64,000 nucleotides of DNA, taken from NCBI GenBank assembly GCA_963805945.1, contig CAWDVP010000001.1:224001-288000 (forward strand), written 5' to 3'. Shown here one piece after another: positions 19,944 through 29,495 of this stretch (positions within the stretch are counted from its first letter, which is position 1; the number at the start of each line of letters is the position of its first letter). A model generated the notes under the pieces. The model ran no database searches. It was not told where the DNA came from and saw only the letters and a list, made by a program, of their open reading frames with translations. The position numbers were made by a program, and so were the translations under genes. This DNA comes from Vulcanimicrobiota bacterium. Its GTDB lineage: Bacteria > Vulcanimicrobiota > Vulcanimicrobiia > Eremiobacterales > Eremiobacteraceae.

Positions 19944-20166
19944 AGTGGATCGTTCAGCCGCCGTTGAAGCCGACGGACACCGAGCCGTCCGGCGCCACGA
20001 TCACCGGCACTTTGAGACCGCCCGAGAGGGCCCGCATCTGTTCCCGAGCCGCGAGGTCGCCCTCCGCGTCGATCTGAAGAAACGGGACACCGCGTTCGCG
20101 CATGTCCGCCATCGCGGCCGCGCAGTAGGGGCAGCCGGGCTTGGTATAGATAATGGTCTGCGCCAT
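19942..20166 (-). CDS. Glutaredoxin-like protein, probable C-terminal selenocysteine (Uxx-star-like)
   Basis: IYTKPGCPYC...VPVIV...VGFNGG-TGA-T-I-H-TGA. It ends at 19954 if the first TGA is a true stop. Confidence 0.8.
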
Positions 20167-20539
20167 GAAGCTCATTTCGACCGATGCCGCTCCCACCCCC
20201 GTGGCCGCGTATTCGCAAGCCGTCATGGCGCGCGATTTCGTGTTCACCGCCGGCCAGGTCGGCATCGACCCGGCGACGGGCAAACTCCACGACGGCCTCG
20301 AGCGGCAAGCCGAGGCCACCTTCGCGCACGTGGCCGCGATCCTGCGCGCCGCCGGTCTGGAAGTGTCCGATATCACCAAGGTGACGATCTACGTCACGGA
20401 TCTATCGCGCTTCGCGACCGTGAACGCGCTCTTCGAGCGATTCGTCGGCGCGCACCGGCCGGCGCGGTCGACGGTCGCCGTCGCGGCGCTGCCGCTCGGC
20501 GCGCTCATCGAGGTCGACGCGATCGCCGCGAAGCGCTAG
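20165..20539 (+). CDS. RidA/YjgF family enamine deaminase
   Basis: MKLISTDAAPTPVAAYSQAV, AGQVGIDP and RPARSTVAVAALPLGALIEVDAIA. Confidence 0.9.
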   Translation: MKLISTDAAPTPVAAYSQAVMARDFVFTAGQVGIDPATGKLHDGLERQAEATFAHVAAILRAAGLEVSDITKVTIYVTDLSRFATVNALFERFVGAHRPARSTVAVAALPLGALIEVDAIAAKR

Positions 20540-21825
20540 TGCGTACGCTCTGACTCGATCTCCGCGAGTTTGGCGACGGCCAGCGAGTCTTTGGGGTCTT
20601 GCGCCAGCGCGGCTTTGACCTGCTCCTCCGCCAGCGCATATTTCTTCTGCGCTTCGTACACATAGCCCAAGCCGAGATGCAGGCGCGCGTTGTGCGGCTG
20701 CAGCGCGATGCCCTTGATGAAGGCGGCCTCGGCGAGGTTGTACTGGCCGTGGCTGTAGTAGAGGAAGCCGAGATTGAGGAACACGTTGCGCTCGTGTGGA
20801 TCGAGCGTGATCGCGCGCTGGTACTGCTCGACCGCGCCGGTGAAATCGCCGAGGTGGTCGTAGTCGACGCCGAGGTTCTCGTATCCAAGCGCGAAACCGG
20901 GATCGAGCGTGATCGCCTGTTGGATCTTCTCGATCGCCGCCTTGTATTGACCTTCGTTGATCAGTTCGACGCCCCAGTTGAGCCAGGCGAACGAGTAGCG
21001 CGAATCGATGCCGAGCGCGAACTTGTATTGCGTGATGGCGTCGTCGTAGCGCCCCATCTCGCCGTAGATCGTGCCGAGCAGGTTGTGCGCGTCGATGAAA
21101 CGTTCGTTCCGGTCCAGCGCATAGCCGAGCTGCGCGATCGCCGCGTCGTACTTCTGCTCTGCTTTGTAGACGACCGCCAGATTGTAGTGGTTCGAGGGAT
21201 CGAACGGATAGCGCGTCTCTTCCAGCTCGATCTCACCCTCGAGCTCGCCGAGCTTGCCCTCATCGGCGTACGCGGCGACGAGATTCGCGAAGCCCTCCTT
21301 TGAAGGCAGGCTCTTGCGAAACGCCGCGATGGCCTCGTCGACGTGGTCCTGCGCCGCATACACGCCGCCCAGGCGGTTGTACACCTCGCGATTATTCGGA
21401 TCGACCGCCAGGACCGCCTGATACGCAGCTTCAGCGGCTTTGTAGTTCTCGAGCCGGTATTCCACGTCGCCGAGCAGCCGCTGGATCTCGATGTTACGCG
21501 GCTCTTGCAGCGCGGCCTTGCGCAGCAGTTCGGCGGCGGCTTGGTTGAGGCCGCGGTCAGCGTCGTAGCGCGCCTCGTTGAGCAGTTCCGAAGCGCCGGA
21601 CGAGCGCGGGCCCGCGGGCACGCCCGCCGGGTAGCTGGACACAGGGTGGGTCGACGTGGCAGGCGCTGGCGCAGACGCGAGCGGTGACGCCGATGCGCTG
21701 GCCGATGCCGACGCGATAGGCGCCGGTGCCGGTGAAGGCGTTCCCGCGGCCGCTGCGACGCCCGGGCCGCCGATGCACGCGATGACGAGCACCGCGATGA
21801 TCGGCGGAAGCTGCGATCTGGTCAC
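20536..21825 (-). CDS. Exported tetratricopeptide repeat protein
   Basis: Signal peptide, Ala/Pro/Ser linker and multiple TPR motifs; GAAGGAG RBS before the GTG. Confidence 0.85.
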   Translation of the reverse strand: MTRSQLPPIIAVLVIACIGGPGVAAAAGTPSPAPAPIASASASASASPLASAPAPATSTHPVSSYPAGVPAGPRSSGASELLNEARYDADRGLNQAAAELLRKAALQEPRNIEIQRLLGDVEYRLENYKAAEAAYQAVLAVDPNNREVYNRLGGVYAAQDHVDEAIAAFRKSLPSKEGFANLVAAYADEGKLGELEGEIELEETRYPFDPSNHYNLAVVYKAEQKYDAAIAQLGYALDRNERFIDAHNLLGTIYGEMGRYDDAITQYKFALGIDSRYSFAWLNWGVELINEGQYKAAIEKIQQAITLDPGFALGYENLGVDYDHLGDFTGAVEQYQRAITLDPHERNVFLNLGFLYYSHGQYNLAEAAFIKGIALQPHNARLHLGLGYVYEAQKKYALAEEQVKAALAQDPKDSLAVAKLAEIESERTH

Positions 21826-21889
21826 GAGGGCTCCTTCCCCGCCGTGCGAAAATGTGGGTTCGTCACTTCGCCCTTTGTGGAGAACCCTC

Positions 21890-22225
21890 ATGCGTTCTTT
21901 GGCCGCCGTCACCGCGTGCGCCGCGGCGCTTTTCCTCACCGGATGCCCGAATCCGAACGCCATCGGCGTGCAGAAATACGGCACCATCGCCGCGACCTGC
22001 GTGTTGGCGAGCAGCGGCCAGCCGGTGGTCGGTGCTCTCGTCAAGGTCAACTCGACTCAGACCTGCGACACGCTCGCCAACGGCGCATGTTCTGTCACCG
22101 GCGTGCCCATCGGCTCGCAGGTCGTGCAGGCTTTCGCCCCGGGCCTGCAGAGCGACCTCACGCCGGTCCAAGTGATGGAGAACCAAATCGCCCCGGTGAC
22201 GCTGCAGATGGCGCCGGCACCATAG
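21890..22225 (+). CDS. Small lipoprotein (carboxypeptidase-regulatory-like beta domain)
   Basis: Lipobox LTGC; QPVVGALVKV...NGACSVTGVPIG. Confidence 0.65.
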   Translation: MRSLAAVTACAAALFLTGCPNPNAIGVQKYGTIAATCVLASSGQPVVGALVKVNSTQTCDTLANGACSVTGVPIGSQVVQAFAPGLQSDLTPVQVMENQIAPVTLQMAPAP

Positions 22226-22240
22226 GCGGAGTGCGTCCGC

Positions 22241-23062
22241 GTGCCTGAGCTGCCGGAACTCGAGCTGCTGCGTGCGACGCTCGCCGACCGGGCCGCCGGA
22301 CATACGATCCTCGAGGTCGTGCTCGATCCGAAGCGCGCGTTCATCATCCGCTACCCGCCGCTCTCCTTCGCCGCGGAGCTCGCCGGCAAGACGCTGACGC
22401 AGGTGCAGCGGCGCGGCAAGTTCCTCATCTTCTCCTTCGAGGGGTTCGACAAGCGCCTTGTCATCAATCCGATGTTGGGCGGCCGCTTCGCGCTGTGCAG
22501 CCGCGCCGCTCCGTCGCTTCCGGCGACCTGCTTCACCCTGCGCCTCGATCGCGCGCTCGACATCCGCTTTCTCGATTCGACGCTCATGGCGCGCATCTAC
22601 CTGACCGCGGATCCCGATGAGGACGTGCCGGCGTTCGCCGGACTGGGCCCCGACGCGCTCGATCCGGCGCTCACCTACGACGCGTTCGCGGCGCGGCTGC
22701 GCAAGCATCGCGGCGAGTTGAAGAACGCGCTGCGCAATCAGGTCTTCGTGTCGGGCGTCGGCAATGCGTACGCCGACGAGATCCTCTTCGCCGCCCGCTT
22801 GCGGCCGCTTCGCCGCGCGAGCACGCTTTCCGACCCTGAGCGCCGCACGCTGTACGACGCGATGCGGTCGACGCTGCGCGAGGCGGTCGCAGTGACCGCC
22901 CGTCAATATGAAGCGGGCAAGCATCCGCTCCACAAACAGGATCGCCGCTTCATGCAGATCCACAGCCGCAAGCAGTCGGCGTGCCCGCGCTGCGGCCACC
23001 GTATCTCGGTGGTGCATCCCGGCGGCGAGGCGACCTACTACTGCCGCGGCTGCCAGCTCTAG
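22241..23062 (+). CDS. Fpg/Nei family DNA glycosylase
   Basis: N-terminal PELPEL, RRGKFL, GVGNAYADEILF and zinc finger CPRCG...YCRGCQ. Confidence 0.9.
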   Translation: MPELPELELLRATLADRAAGHTILEVVLDPKRAFIIRYPPLSFAAELAGKTLTQVQRRGKFLIFSFEGFDKRLVINPMLGGRFALCSRAAPSLPATCFTLRLDRALDIRFLDSTLMARIYLTADPDEDVPAFAGLGPDALDPALTYDAFAARLRKHRGELKNALRNQVFVSGVGNAYADEILFAARLRPLRRASTLSDPERRTLYDAMRSTLREAVAVTARQYEAGKHPLHKQDRRFMQIHSRKQSACPRCGHRISVVHPGGEATYYCRGCQL

Positions 23063-23072
23063 AGGCCGACAA

Positions 23073-23140
23073 ATGTAGGGGCCGATCTTTAGGTCGGCTC
23101 GCCAGGACATGAGGGTCGACCTGAGGGTCGACCCCTACAT
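23073..23140. repeat. Inverted REP doublet (REPIN/BIME-like)
   Basis: ATGTAGGGGCCGATCTTTAGGTCGGCTC (23073-23100) and the inverted GGGTCGACCTGAGGGTCGACCCCTACAT (23113-23140). Confidence 0.85.
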
Positions 23141-23180
23141 CGGAGGGCGCGCCGCCGGTTTGTGAGAACCCGGCCAGCCT

Positions 23181-24323
23181 ATGAAAACGATGCGCGACGC
23201 GATTCTTCTTCTTTGTATCTGCGCTGCCGCGACGGGCTGCACCACCTCGGGCACCGGCGGCGGCGGCCCAGGTCCCACGCCGACGCCGCCCATCCCCGCG
23301 GGCATCTATTACGTCAACGGCGGGACCTCGCCCAATAAGGTGCCGGCGCTCTCGTCCGCGCCGATCGCGTCGGGGTTGCAGCCCTCGCCCTTGCCCGGCT
23401 CGCCATTCTCCACTAACACGGAGAACGGAGCGGCCGGCGCGCCTTTCGGCATAGCGCTCGCCAAAGGCGGCACCGTGCTCTATGTGGTGAATGACAACGC
23501 TGCGTCGATTTCAGCGTTCCCCGTCAACGCAGATGGGACGTTGAACGCGCCCCTAGCGCCGGCCCCGGCTGGCGGCGTGGGCCCGAACGGCGTATGTGTG
23601 GACCCGCTCAGCCAGTTCGCCGCCGTCGCGAACACCGGAAACTCGAGCGTCGAGTCGTTCACTATCGGCGCGAACGGCGCGCTGACGCAGGCCTCTAATG
23701 TCGCGACCGGCGGACTCAACTCGCCACAGGCCTGCGCGTTCTCGGCGGACAGCAAGTATCTGTACGTCACCAACGGTGCGGGCGCCGGGGGAGTCTCCGG
23801 CTATTCGGTCACTCCCGGGACCGGCGTGCTCGTCGCGCTTGCCGGCTCGCCGTACAACCTCGCGGGTAGCCATCCGTGTCAGGGCATCGCGCTGACGTCG
23901 ACCGCCCTCTTCGCCACCAACTTCGCGGAGAACCAGATCACCGCGTTCCTCATCCCCGGCACCGGCCAACTGCAATCGCCCACGCCTTTCGGCACGGCAA
24001 TCTCGCCGTCGAGCCTCGCGGCCACCCCGAATGGCAAGTTTCTGTATGTGGCCAACCCCGGTGCGCAAGCAGTGGACGGCTATGCGGTCAACGGCTTCGC
24101 GCTCACGCGCCTCGCCGGTGCCCCGTTTCCGACGCAAGCCACCAAGACCGCGATGGTCGCGATCAATTCCGCCGGCACGCTGCTCGCCGCGCTCGACGAA
24201 CAGGCGCCCGGCGTGACGTTGTTCGCCGTGAAAAGCGACGGGACGCTCGGCTTCGCGCCGCAGAACGAGTACGGTCTGCCGGCTCTGGCCGGCCAGAACC
24301 CGATGGCGATCGTCGTGCGCTAA
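23181..24323 (+). CDS. Lactonase-family beta-propeller lipoprotein
   Basis: Lipobox-like ATGC, PTPTP linker, and repeated blades (DSKYLYVTN, PNGKFLYVAN, GSPF). Confidence 0.75.
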   Translation: MKTMRDAILLLCICAAATGCTTSGTGGGGPGPTPTPPIPAGIYYVNGGTSPNKVPALSSAPIASGLQPSPLPGSPFSTNTENGAAGAPFGIALAKGGTVLYVVNDNAASISAFPVNADGTLNAPLAPAPAGGVGPNGVCVDPLSQFAAVANTGNSSVESFTIGANGALTQASNVATGGLNSPQACAFSADSKYLYVTNGAGAGGVSGYSVTPGTGVLVALAGSPYNLAGSHPCQGIALTSTALFATNFAENQITAFLIPGTGQLQSPTPFGTAISPSSLAATPNGKFLYVANPGAQAVDGYAVNGFALTRLAGAPFPTQATKTAMVAINSAGTLLAALDEQAPGVTLFAVKSDGTLGFAPQNEYGLPALAGQNPMAIVVR

Positions 24324-24483
24324 AGCGCTTATCCACAGCGCTCGCACTTATGCACAGCCCGACGCTGGGCCAACATAACCGCGTCCGCCTTCAACCAAAG
24401 TCGAAAAGCGCGCCGGCCGCCGATGCGAAGCTCATCTCCCGGGATCAATCGATTCCGGTTTTTCTTTTTCAAGGAGGGGAAAC

Positions 24484-25932
24484 GTGCCGCCACGCGCATC
24501 GGCCAAGAGCGCGCTCGACTTCGCCAAGAAGCACGGCGCCAAGATCATCGATTTCAAGTTCATCGATCTGCCTGGGATGTGGCAGCACACCTCGGTGCCG
24601 GCTGATCAGCTCGACGATGCCACGTTCGAGCACGGCATCGGCTTCGACGGTTCGAGCATCCGCGGTTTCCAGGAGATCCAGGAGAGCGACATGGTGCTGC
24701 TCCCGGATCCCGAGAGCGCGCGGCTGGACACGTTCTGCGCCATCCCGACCGTCTCGTTCGTCTGCGACGTCTTCGACCCGCGCGAGCAGGCGCTCTACGA
24801 CCGCGATCCGCGCAACATCGCCAAGCGCGCGCAGGCGTATCTGAAGAAGAGCGGCATCGGCGACACCGCGTACTTCGGCCCCGAGCTCGAGTTCTACATC
24901 TTCGACCACGTGAGCTACGACAATCTCCCCTACATGAGCGGCTACGCCATCGATTCCGAAGAAGCGCATTGGAACTCGGGCGCCAACGACGAGCCGAACC
25001 TGGGCTACTCGCTGCGCCCCAAGGAAGGCTACTTCCCCGTCCAGCCGTCCGACAAGCTCATGGACATCCGCTCGGAGATGGTGCTCACGCTCAAGGAATG
25101 GGGCGTGCCCGTCGAGATGCATCACCACGAGGTCGCGACCGCCGGCCAGACCGAGATCGACATCCGCTACAACACGCTGCTGCAGCAAGCCGATAACGTC
25201 ATGATCTACAAGTACGTGACGCGCAACGTGGCCCGCCGCCACGGCAAGACGGTGACCTTCATGCCGAAACCGCTCTTCGGCGACAACGGTTCGGGCATGC
25301 ATGTGCACCAGAGCATCTGGAAAGCCGGCAAGAACCTGTTCTACGACGAGAAGGGCTACGCCGAGGTTTCCAAGACCGCGTTGTACTACATCGGCGGCCT
25401 GCTCACGCACATCGACGCGCTGCTCGCGTTGTGCGCGCCGACCACGAACTCGTACAAGCGGCTCGTGCCGCACTACGAGGCGCCGGTCAACGTGGCGTTC
25501 TCCAAGGGCAACCGTTCCGCGGCGGTGCGCATCCCCATCTTCTTCAAAGGCCCGCGCTTCGCGAAGTCCAAGCGCATCGAATTCCGACCGCCGGATCCGA
25601 CCGCCAATCCGTATCTCGCGTTCTCGGCGCTGCTCATGGCCGGTCTCGACGGCATCAAGCGCAAGATCGACCCCACCAAGGCCGGCTTCGGGCCGCTCGA
25701 CAAGAACATCTACGAGCTTCCCGCGAGCGAGGCGCGCCGCATCAAGTCGGTGCCCGGCAGTCTGGACGCCACGCTGAGCGCGCTCGAGCGCGATCACGAC
25801 TTCTTGACCGCAGGCGGCGTCTTCTCCGAGAGCCTCATCGAGACGTGGATCGACTACAAGCGGGTGAAGGAGCTGCAAGAAGTCCGCATCCGCCCGACGC
25901 CGTACGAGTACTACCTCTACTACGACCTGTGA
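24484..25932 (+). CDS. glnA: Glutamine synthetase type I
   Basis: FDGSSIRG, HHEVAT, FMPKPLFGDNGSGMHVHQS, NSYKRLVP, RIEFRPPDPTANPYL and the KNIYEL adenylylation-site region; AAGGAGG RBS. Confidence 0.97.
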   Translation: MPPRASAKSALDFAKKHGAKIIDFKFIDLPGMWQHTSVPADQLDDATFEHGIGFDGSSIRGFQEIQESDMVLLPDPESARLDTFCAIPTVSFVCDVFDPREQALYDRDPRNIAKRAQAYLKKSGIGDTAYFGPELEFYIFDHVSYDNLPYMSGYAIDSEEAHWNSGANDEPNLGYSLRPKEGYFPVQPSDKLMDIRSEMVLTLKEWGVPVEMHHHEVATAGQTEIDIRYNTLLQQADNVMIYKYVTRNVARRHGKTVTFMPKPLFGDNGSGMHVHQSIWKAGKNLFYDEKGYAEVSKTALYYIGGLLTHIDALLALCAPTTNSYKRLVPHYEAPVNVAFSKGNRSAAVRIPIFFKGPRFAKSKRIEFRPPDPTANPYLAFSALLMAGLDGIKRKIDPTKAGFGPLDKNIYELPASEARRIKSVPGSLDATLSALERDHDFLTAGGVFSESLIETWIDYKRVKELQEVRIRPTPYEYYLYYDL

Positions 25933-25963
25933 TCGTTATAGCGGCCGAATTCATTCGACCGTA

Positions 25964-26442
25964 GTGCCCGATCGCAACTCGGGTCTCGACGGACCCGTCA
26001 CGTTCCGGGGCGCGCGGCCTGACGATCGCGATGCGGTGGTCGCGCTCGTCTTCACCACCCTGCGGGCGTTCGGCATCGAACCGGAACCCGAAGGGCTCGA
26101 TGCCGATGCGATGGAGTTCGGCAGCCCGGACGATGCGGCGGCGGAATTCGTGGCGGAATGCGACGGGCGCGTCGTGGGGTCGATCGCGCTGCGCGATCGC
26201 GGCGACGGAACCGGCCACATCTCGAAGCTGTTCGTCGACCAGTCGCTCCGCGGCAAGAGCATCGGCCGGACGCTGCTCGAGCGTGCCGTGCAGGAGGCGC
26301 GGCGCAGAGGCTTGCGCACGCTCGACTTGGAGACCCGCGCCCAGTTCGAAGCAGCGCTTCGACTGTATGAATCCACCGGTTGGAAGCGCGGACACCCGAC
26401 CCCACGAACTTGTGCGACCGCACGTACCTGCTGACGCTCTAG
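25964..26442 (+). CDS. GNAT family acetyltransferase; possible 1-base deletion near 26393
   Basis: KLFVDQSLRGKSIGRTLL and AALRLYESTGW. The ORF ends at 26434, but an alternative frame gives DPTNLCDRTYLLTL* ending at 26442. Confidence 0.8.
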
Positions 26443-26483
26443 CGCGGCATGAGACCGGCGCCGCAATCCGCAACCCTAGACCT

Positions 26484-27602
26484 ATGCCGCTGCCCGGACC
26501 CGCCATCACCGCAGGCTCTTTCTACGCCTCTTTTCTCTTCGACGTCGCCGACACGATCGACCTGAAGCGGCTCGGCAGCATCGCGGGTGAGAGCGTCGCG
26601 CCCGCGCCGCTGCGCATGCGCATCACGCCCTCGCCGGAGCACATCCAATTCGCCGTGCCGCCGTTGGCCGCGAATCTCGCTCCCGTCACGGTCGACGGCC
26701 ATCCAGCGACGGTGCGCGCCAAGATCTACGATTACGGCGTCATCTCTGTCCGCTTCGCGTTCCCGTACTCGGGCGAGTGGTCGGGGTTCGCCGGGCTGGC
26801 GAACGGGCTGCGCCGCGGCGATCAGCTCGCCAATGAGGCGCGCCGCCTGCTCGCGGAGATCCTGGCCGACTGCGGCGGCGCGCTCGGCGAGCCCCACGAC
26901 ACGCTGGTCGAGGACTATTTCACCTGCGCGATCGAGGCGCTGACGCAGCCGCTCGACGCCGCGACGCTGCTCACGGAGCGCAAAGCCGCGCTCGTCGGCC
27001 TCATGATGGCGGAGACGCGCGACCTTTCGCCGGACGAGCAGACCGAGGTGCTGCGCCAGCGCTTCAGCTATTTCCCCGAAGATCTGGTGGTCGTGCAATG
27101 GGACTGCGCGTTCGTTCTCGACACGCAGGAGAACGCGTTGGTGCTGCTCGACCTCTTCGAATTCGCCAACTCGCAGCTGGTCGAGTTCCGCACCTACGAC
27201 GCGCAGCTCGACGCCCAGATCGACACGATCTACGGGCTCGACCAGACGCGGCGCTTGCGCATCCGTCCGCTGCACCGGCGCGAGGCCGAACAGCGCGCCG
27301 ACCAGCTCGGCTATCTGCTCGTCGACATCCGGGAGCTGTCCGATCGCGCCAGCAACGCGTTGAAGATCATCGGCGACGCCTACTACGCACGGGTCTACCG
27401 CGCGCTTGCGGCACGGCTCGGCATCGACGTGTGGCAGAGGGAGATCGAGAGCAAGCTCGACAGCGTCGGCGACGTGTACCGCTATCTCATCGACCAGGCG
27501 CAGGCCGCGCGCAGCGAGTTCCTCGAGGTGATCGTCATCGTCCTCATCGCGGTCGAGATCGTCGTCGGCGTGCTCGGCCTGCTGCTCATGGGGCGGCACT
27601 AA
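26484..27602 (+). CDS. Conserved hypothetical protein (RMD1/DUF155-like) with C-terminal TM helix
   Basis: FDVADTIDL, KIYDYGVISV, EFANSQLVEFRTYD and SEFLEVIVIVLIAVE. Confidence 0.65.
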   Translation: MPLPGPAITAGSFYASFLFDVADTIDLKRLGSIAGESVAPAPLRMRITPSPEHIQFAVPPLAANLAPVTVDGHPATVRAKIYDYGVISVRFAFPYSGEWSGFAGLANGLRRGDQLANEARRLLAEILADCGGALGEPHDTLVEDYFTCAIEALTQPLDAATLLTERKAALVGLMMAETRDLSPDEQTEVLRQRFSYFPEDLVVVQWDCAFVLDTQENALVLLDLFEFANSQLVEFRTYDAQLDAQIDTIYGLDQTRRLRIRPLHRREAEQRADQLGYLLVDIRELSDRASNALKIIGDAYYARVYRALAARLGIDVWQREIESKLDSVGDVYRYLIDQAQAARSEFLEVIVIVLIAVEIVVGVLGLLLMGRH

Positions 27603-27659
27603 GGCCGTAAAGGGCCGGCGGCACGCGGGTCGCGAACCAGCGGCGCAGAGGGCGTCTAT

Positions 27660-29339
27660 ATGAAGCGATTCATGGTCGTGCTCGCGGCAGCGTTCCTTTG
27701 GACGATGCCCGCAGCCGCATTCGCCGACCTCGACACCAACACCGATCCGCCTGCCGGTATCGCGACCACGACATCCGCGCTCGCGGACGTGCTGGCGGCG
27801 AACGTGCGCGCGAGGGGAAAGTCGCTCACTTCGTTCGCAACGCGCATCGAGGAATGGTCGATCGAGACCAACGGCAACGAATCGACCGAGCGCATCGTCT
27901 GGTCCGGCGAAGATTTCAAGCGGGTGGAGAACGGCGGCCCGCTGTCGACGCAGAGCGGCCGGATCGGCGGCGTCAGTTGGGACCACACCGAGAACGGCAT
28001 CACGGTCATCGGCGGCGGCGTCCATCATCAAGGGGAAGCCTTCGACGCATCGCTGCGGGCCGCGCGCGCCGGCACGCCGGGCGATGCGGTCAAGCTGCTG
28101 GGGGAAGTGACGGCGCCGGTGGCCGCCTACGTCGTCGAGGTGCGGCCGTCAGGTTATCCTCCGGCCTGGCTGTTCTTCGACAAGTCGAGCGGCTTGCTGG
28201 TCCGCAGAGAGGATATCTTCGAGGGTGTCCGTTCGACGGCCACCTACGGCGACTTCAAGGCGTTCAGCGGGGCGATCGTCGCGACGACGATCAAGCGCAC
28301 GAACGGCGATTCCAGCTATGATTCGCTGAGCACGCTCACGTCGCTGAAGCTCAACGTGCCGGTGCCGGGTTCGGAGCTCAACATCCCGGCGACGCGCCAG
28401 GGCTTGGTGGAGTTCCCGCCCGGCGTGACCAGCGTCCGTCTGCCCGCGAGCCTCCCGCTTCCCGGCTCAGCGCCCCGACTGATGGATAGGGACTACACCA
28501 TCTCGCGCAGCGCGCTGCGCCGCAGCATCTCGGTCCGCGTGAATATCAACGGCCGCGGGCTCGATTTCATCCTCGACTCCGGCGCGAGCGGCATCCTCAT
28601 CGACAAGGACGTCGCCGACAGCTTAGGGCTCAAGCGCTACGGCGCAAGCGGCCAGGAAGTCCAAGGACACGCGGATGCGTCGCGCGTGGTCGTGCCCGAG
28701 ATGAAGATCGGCGATCTCACGATGAAGAACGTCGTGGCCTACAGCGTGAGCTTCCAAGACCGTCCAGCCGACACCGAGAAAGTCGTCGGGCTGCTCGGTT
28801 TCGATTTCATCGCGAGCGTGGGTCTTAAGGTGGACTGGGACAAAGGCGAGCTGACCGCGTTCGCTCCTGGCACGATGAGCGTGCCGGAGAACGGCATCGC
28901 GGTCCCGATCAATCTCGACGACCGCGTGCCTGATATCAGCGTGTCGGTGGGCGGCGTCAGCAGCGATCACTTCATCCTCGACACCGGCGCCTCGGACGTC
29001 ATCATCTTCCCTCGTTTTGCGGCGCTGCATCGCGCCGAGCTCGTCGATCAAGGTTTCGGCACCACCATTCAACATGTGTTCGGCGACACGTATATCGGCG
29101 TGGTCGGCGGCGCAGCAAAGGTGTATCCGGTCCAGCTCAAGCGCTTCGTCTTCGGCGTCGCTTTCAACAAGTTTCTGGTCTTAGTCGTCGACCCGGACTC
29201 GCAGTTCCAGTTCCAGGACACGGACGGCCTGGTCGGCTGGCCGTTCTTCCATTATTTCAACTTGTACTTCGACTACGCCAACTCGCGCATCGTGCTCGAA
29301 CCAGACGGCGATTTCAAGAAGGCCGCCAAGTCCCCATAA
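27660..29339 (+). CDS. Exported tandem retropepsin-like aspartyl protease
   Basis: Signal peptide; two catalytic motifs FILDSGAS and FILDTGAS with GLLGFDF and GLVGWPF. Confidence 0.85.
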   Translation: MKRFMVVLAAAFLWTMPAAAFADLDTNTDPPAGIATTTSALADVLAANVRARGKSLTSFATRIEEWSIETNGNESTERIVWSGEDFKRVENGGPLSTQSGRIGGVSWDHTENGITVIGGGVHHQGEAFDASLRAARAGTPGDAVKLLGEVTAPVAAYVVEVRPSGYPPAWLFFDKSSGLLVRREDIFEGVRSTATYGDFKAFSGAIVATTIKRTNGDSSYDSLSTLTSLKLNVPVPGSELNIPATRQGLVEFPPGVTSVRLPASLPLPGSAPRLMDRDYTISRSALRRSISVRVNINGRGLDFILDSGASGILIDKDVADSLGLKRYGASGQEVQGHADASRVVVPEMKIGDLTMKNVVAYSVSFQDRPADTEKVVGLLGFDFIASVGLKVDWDKGELTAFAPGTMSVPENGIAVPINLDDRVPDISVSVGGVSSDHFILDTGASDVIIFPRFAALHRAELVDQGFGTTIQHVFGDTYIGVVGGAAKVYPVQLKRFVFGVAFNKFLVLVVDPDSQFQFQDTDGLVGWPFFHYFNLYFDYANSRIVLEPDGDFKKAAKSP

Positions 29340-29390
29340 AGCGCCGGCGCGCCGCAGGGCACCTCGGCCGCCGCGTTCAAACCCCTGCGC

Positions 29391-29495
29391 GTGAAAGAAC
29401 CAGCGAAGCTGTGGCGTCTCCTCCTGCTGCTCGCGGTGGCGATCTTCGCCATCGTGTGGCTCCACCGCTATGCGGTCATGAACGGCGCGCATTGA
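29391..29495 (+). CDS. Possible small single-TM protein (34 aa)
   Basis: MKEPAKLWRLLLLLAVAIFAIVWLHRYAVMNGAH; its stop overlaps the TTG start of PMM/PGM (TTGA). Confidence 0.5.
   Translation: MKEPAKLWRLLLLLAVAIFAIVWLHRYAVMNGAH

Noticed and set aside
23073..23140. Palindromic repeats as a possible CRISPR array
   Set aside because: Copies are dispersed or inverted, with no regular spacers and no cas genes. They fit REP elements.
24329..24356. Replication origin
   Set aside because: Only two boxes, no extended AT-rich unwinding element, and no dnaA/dnaN context.
24469..25878. Long antisense ORFs opposite glnA and many other genes (e.g. 4685..6526, 54689..57037, 62546..63697)
   Set aside because: These are expected shadow ORFs in high-GC DNA and carry no motifs; the opposite strand has the recognisable gene.
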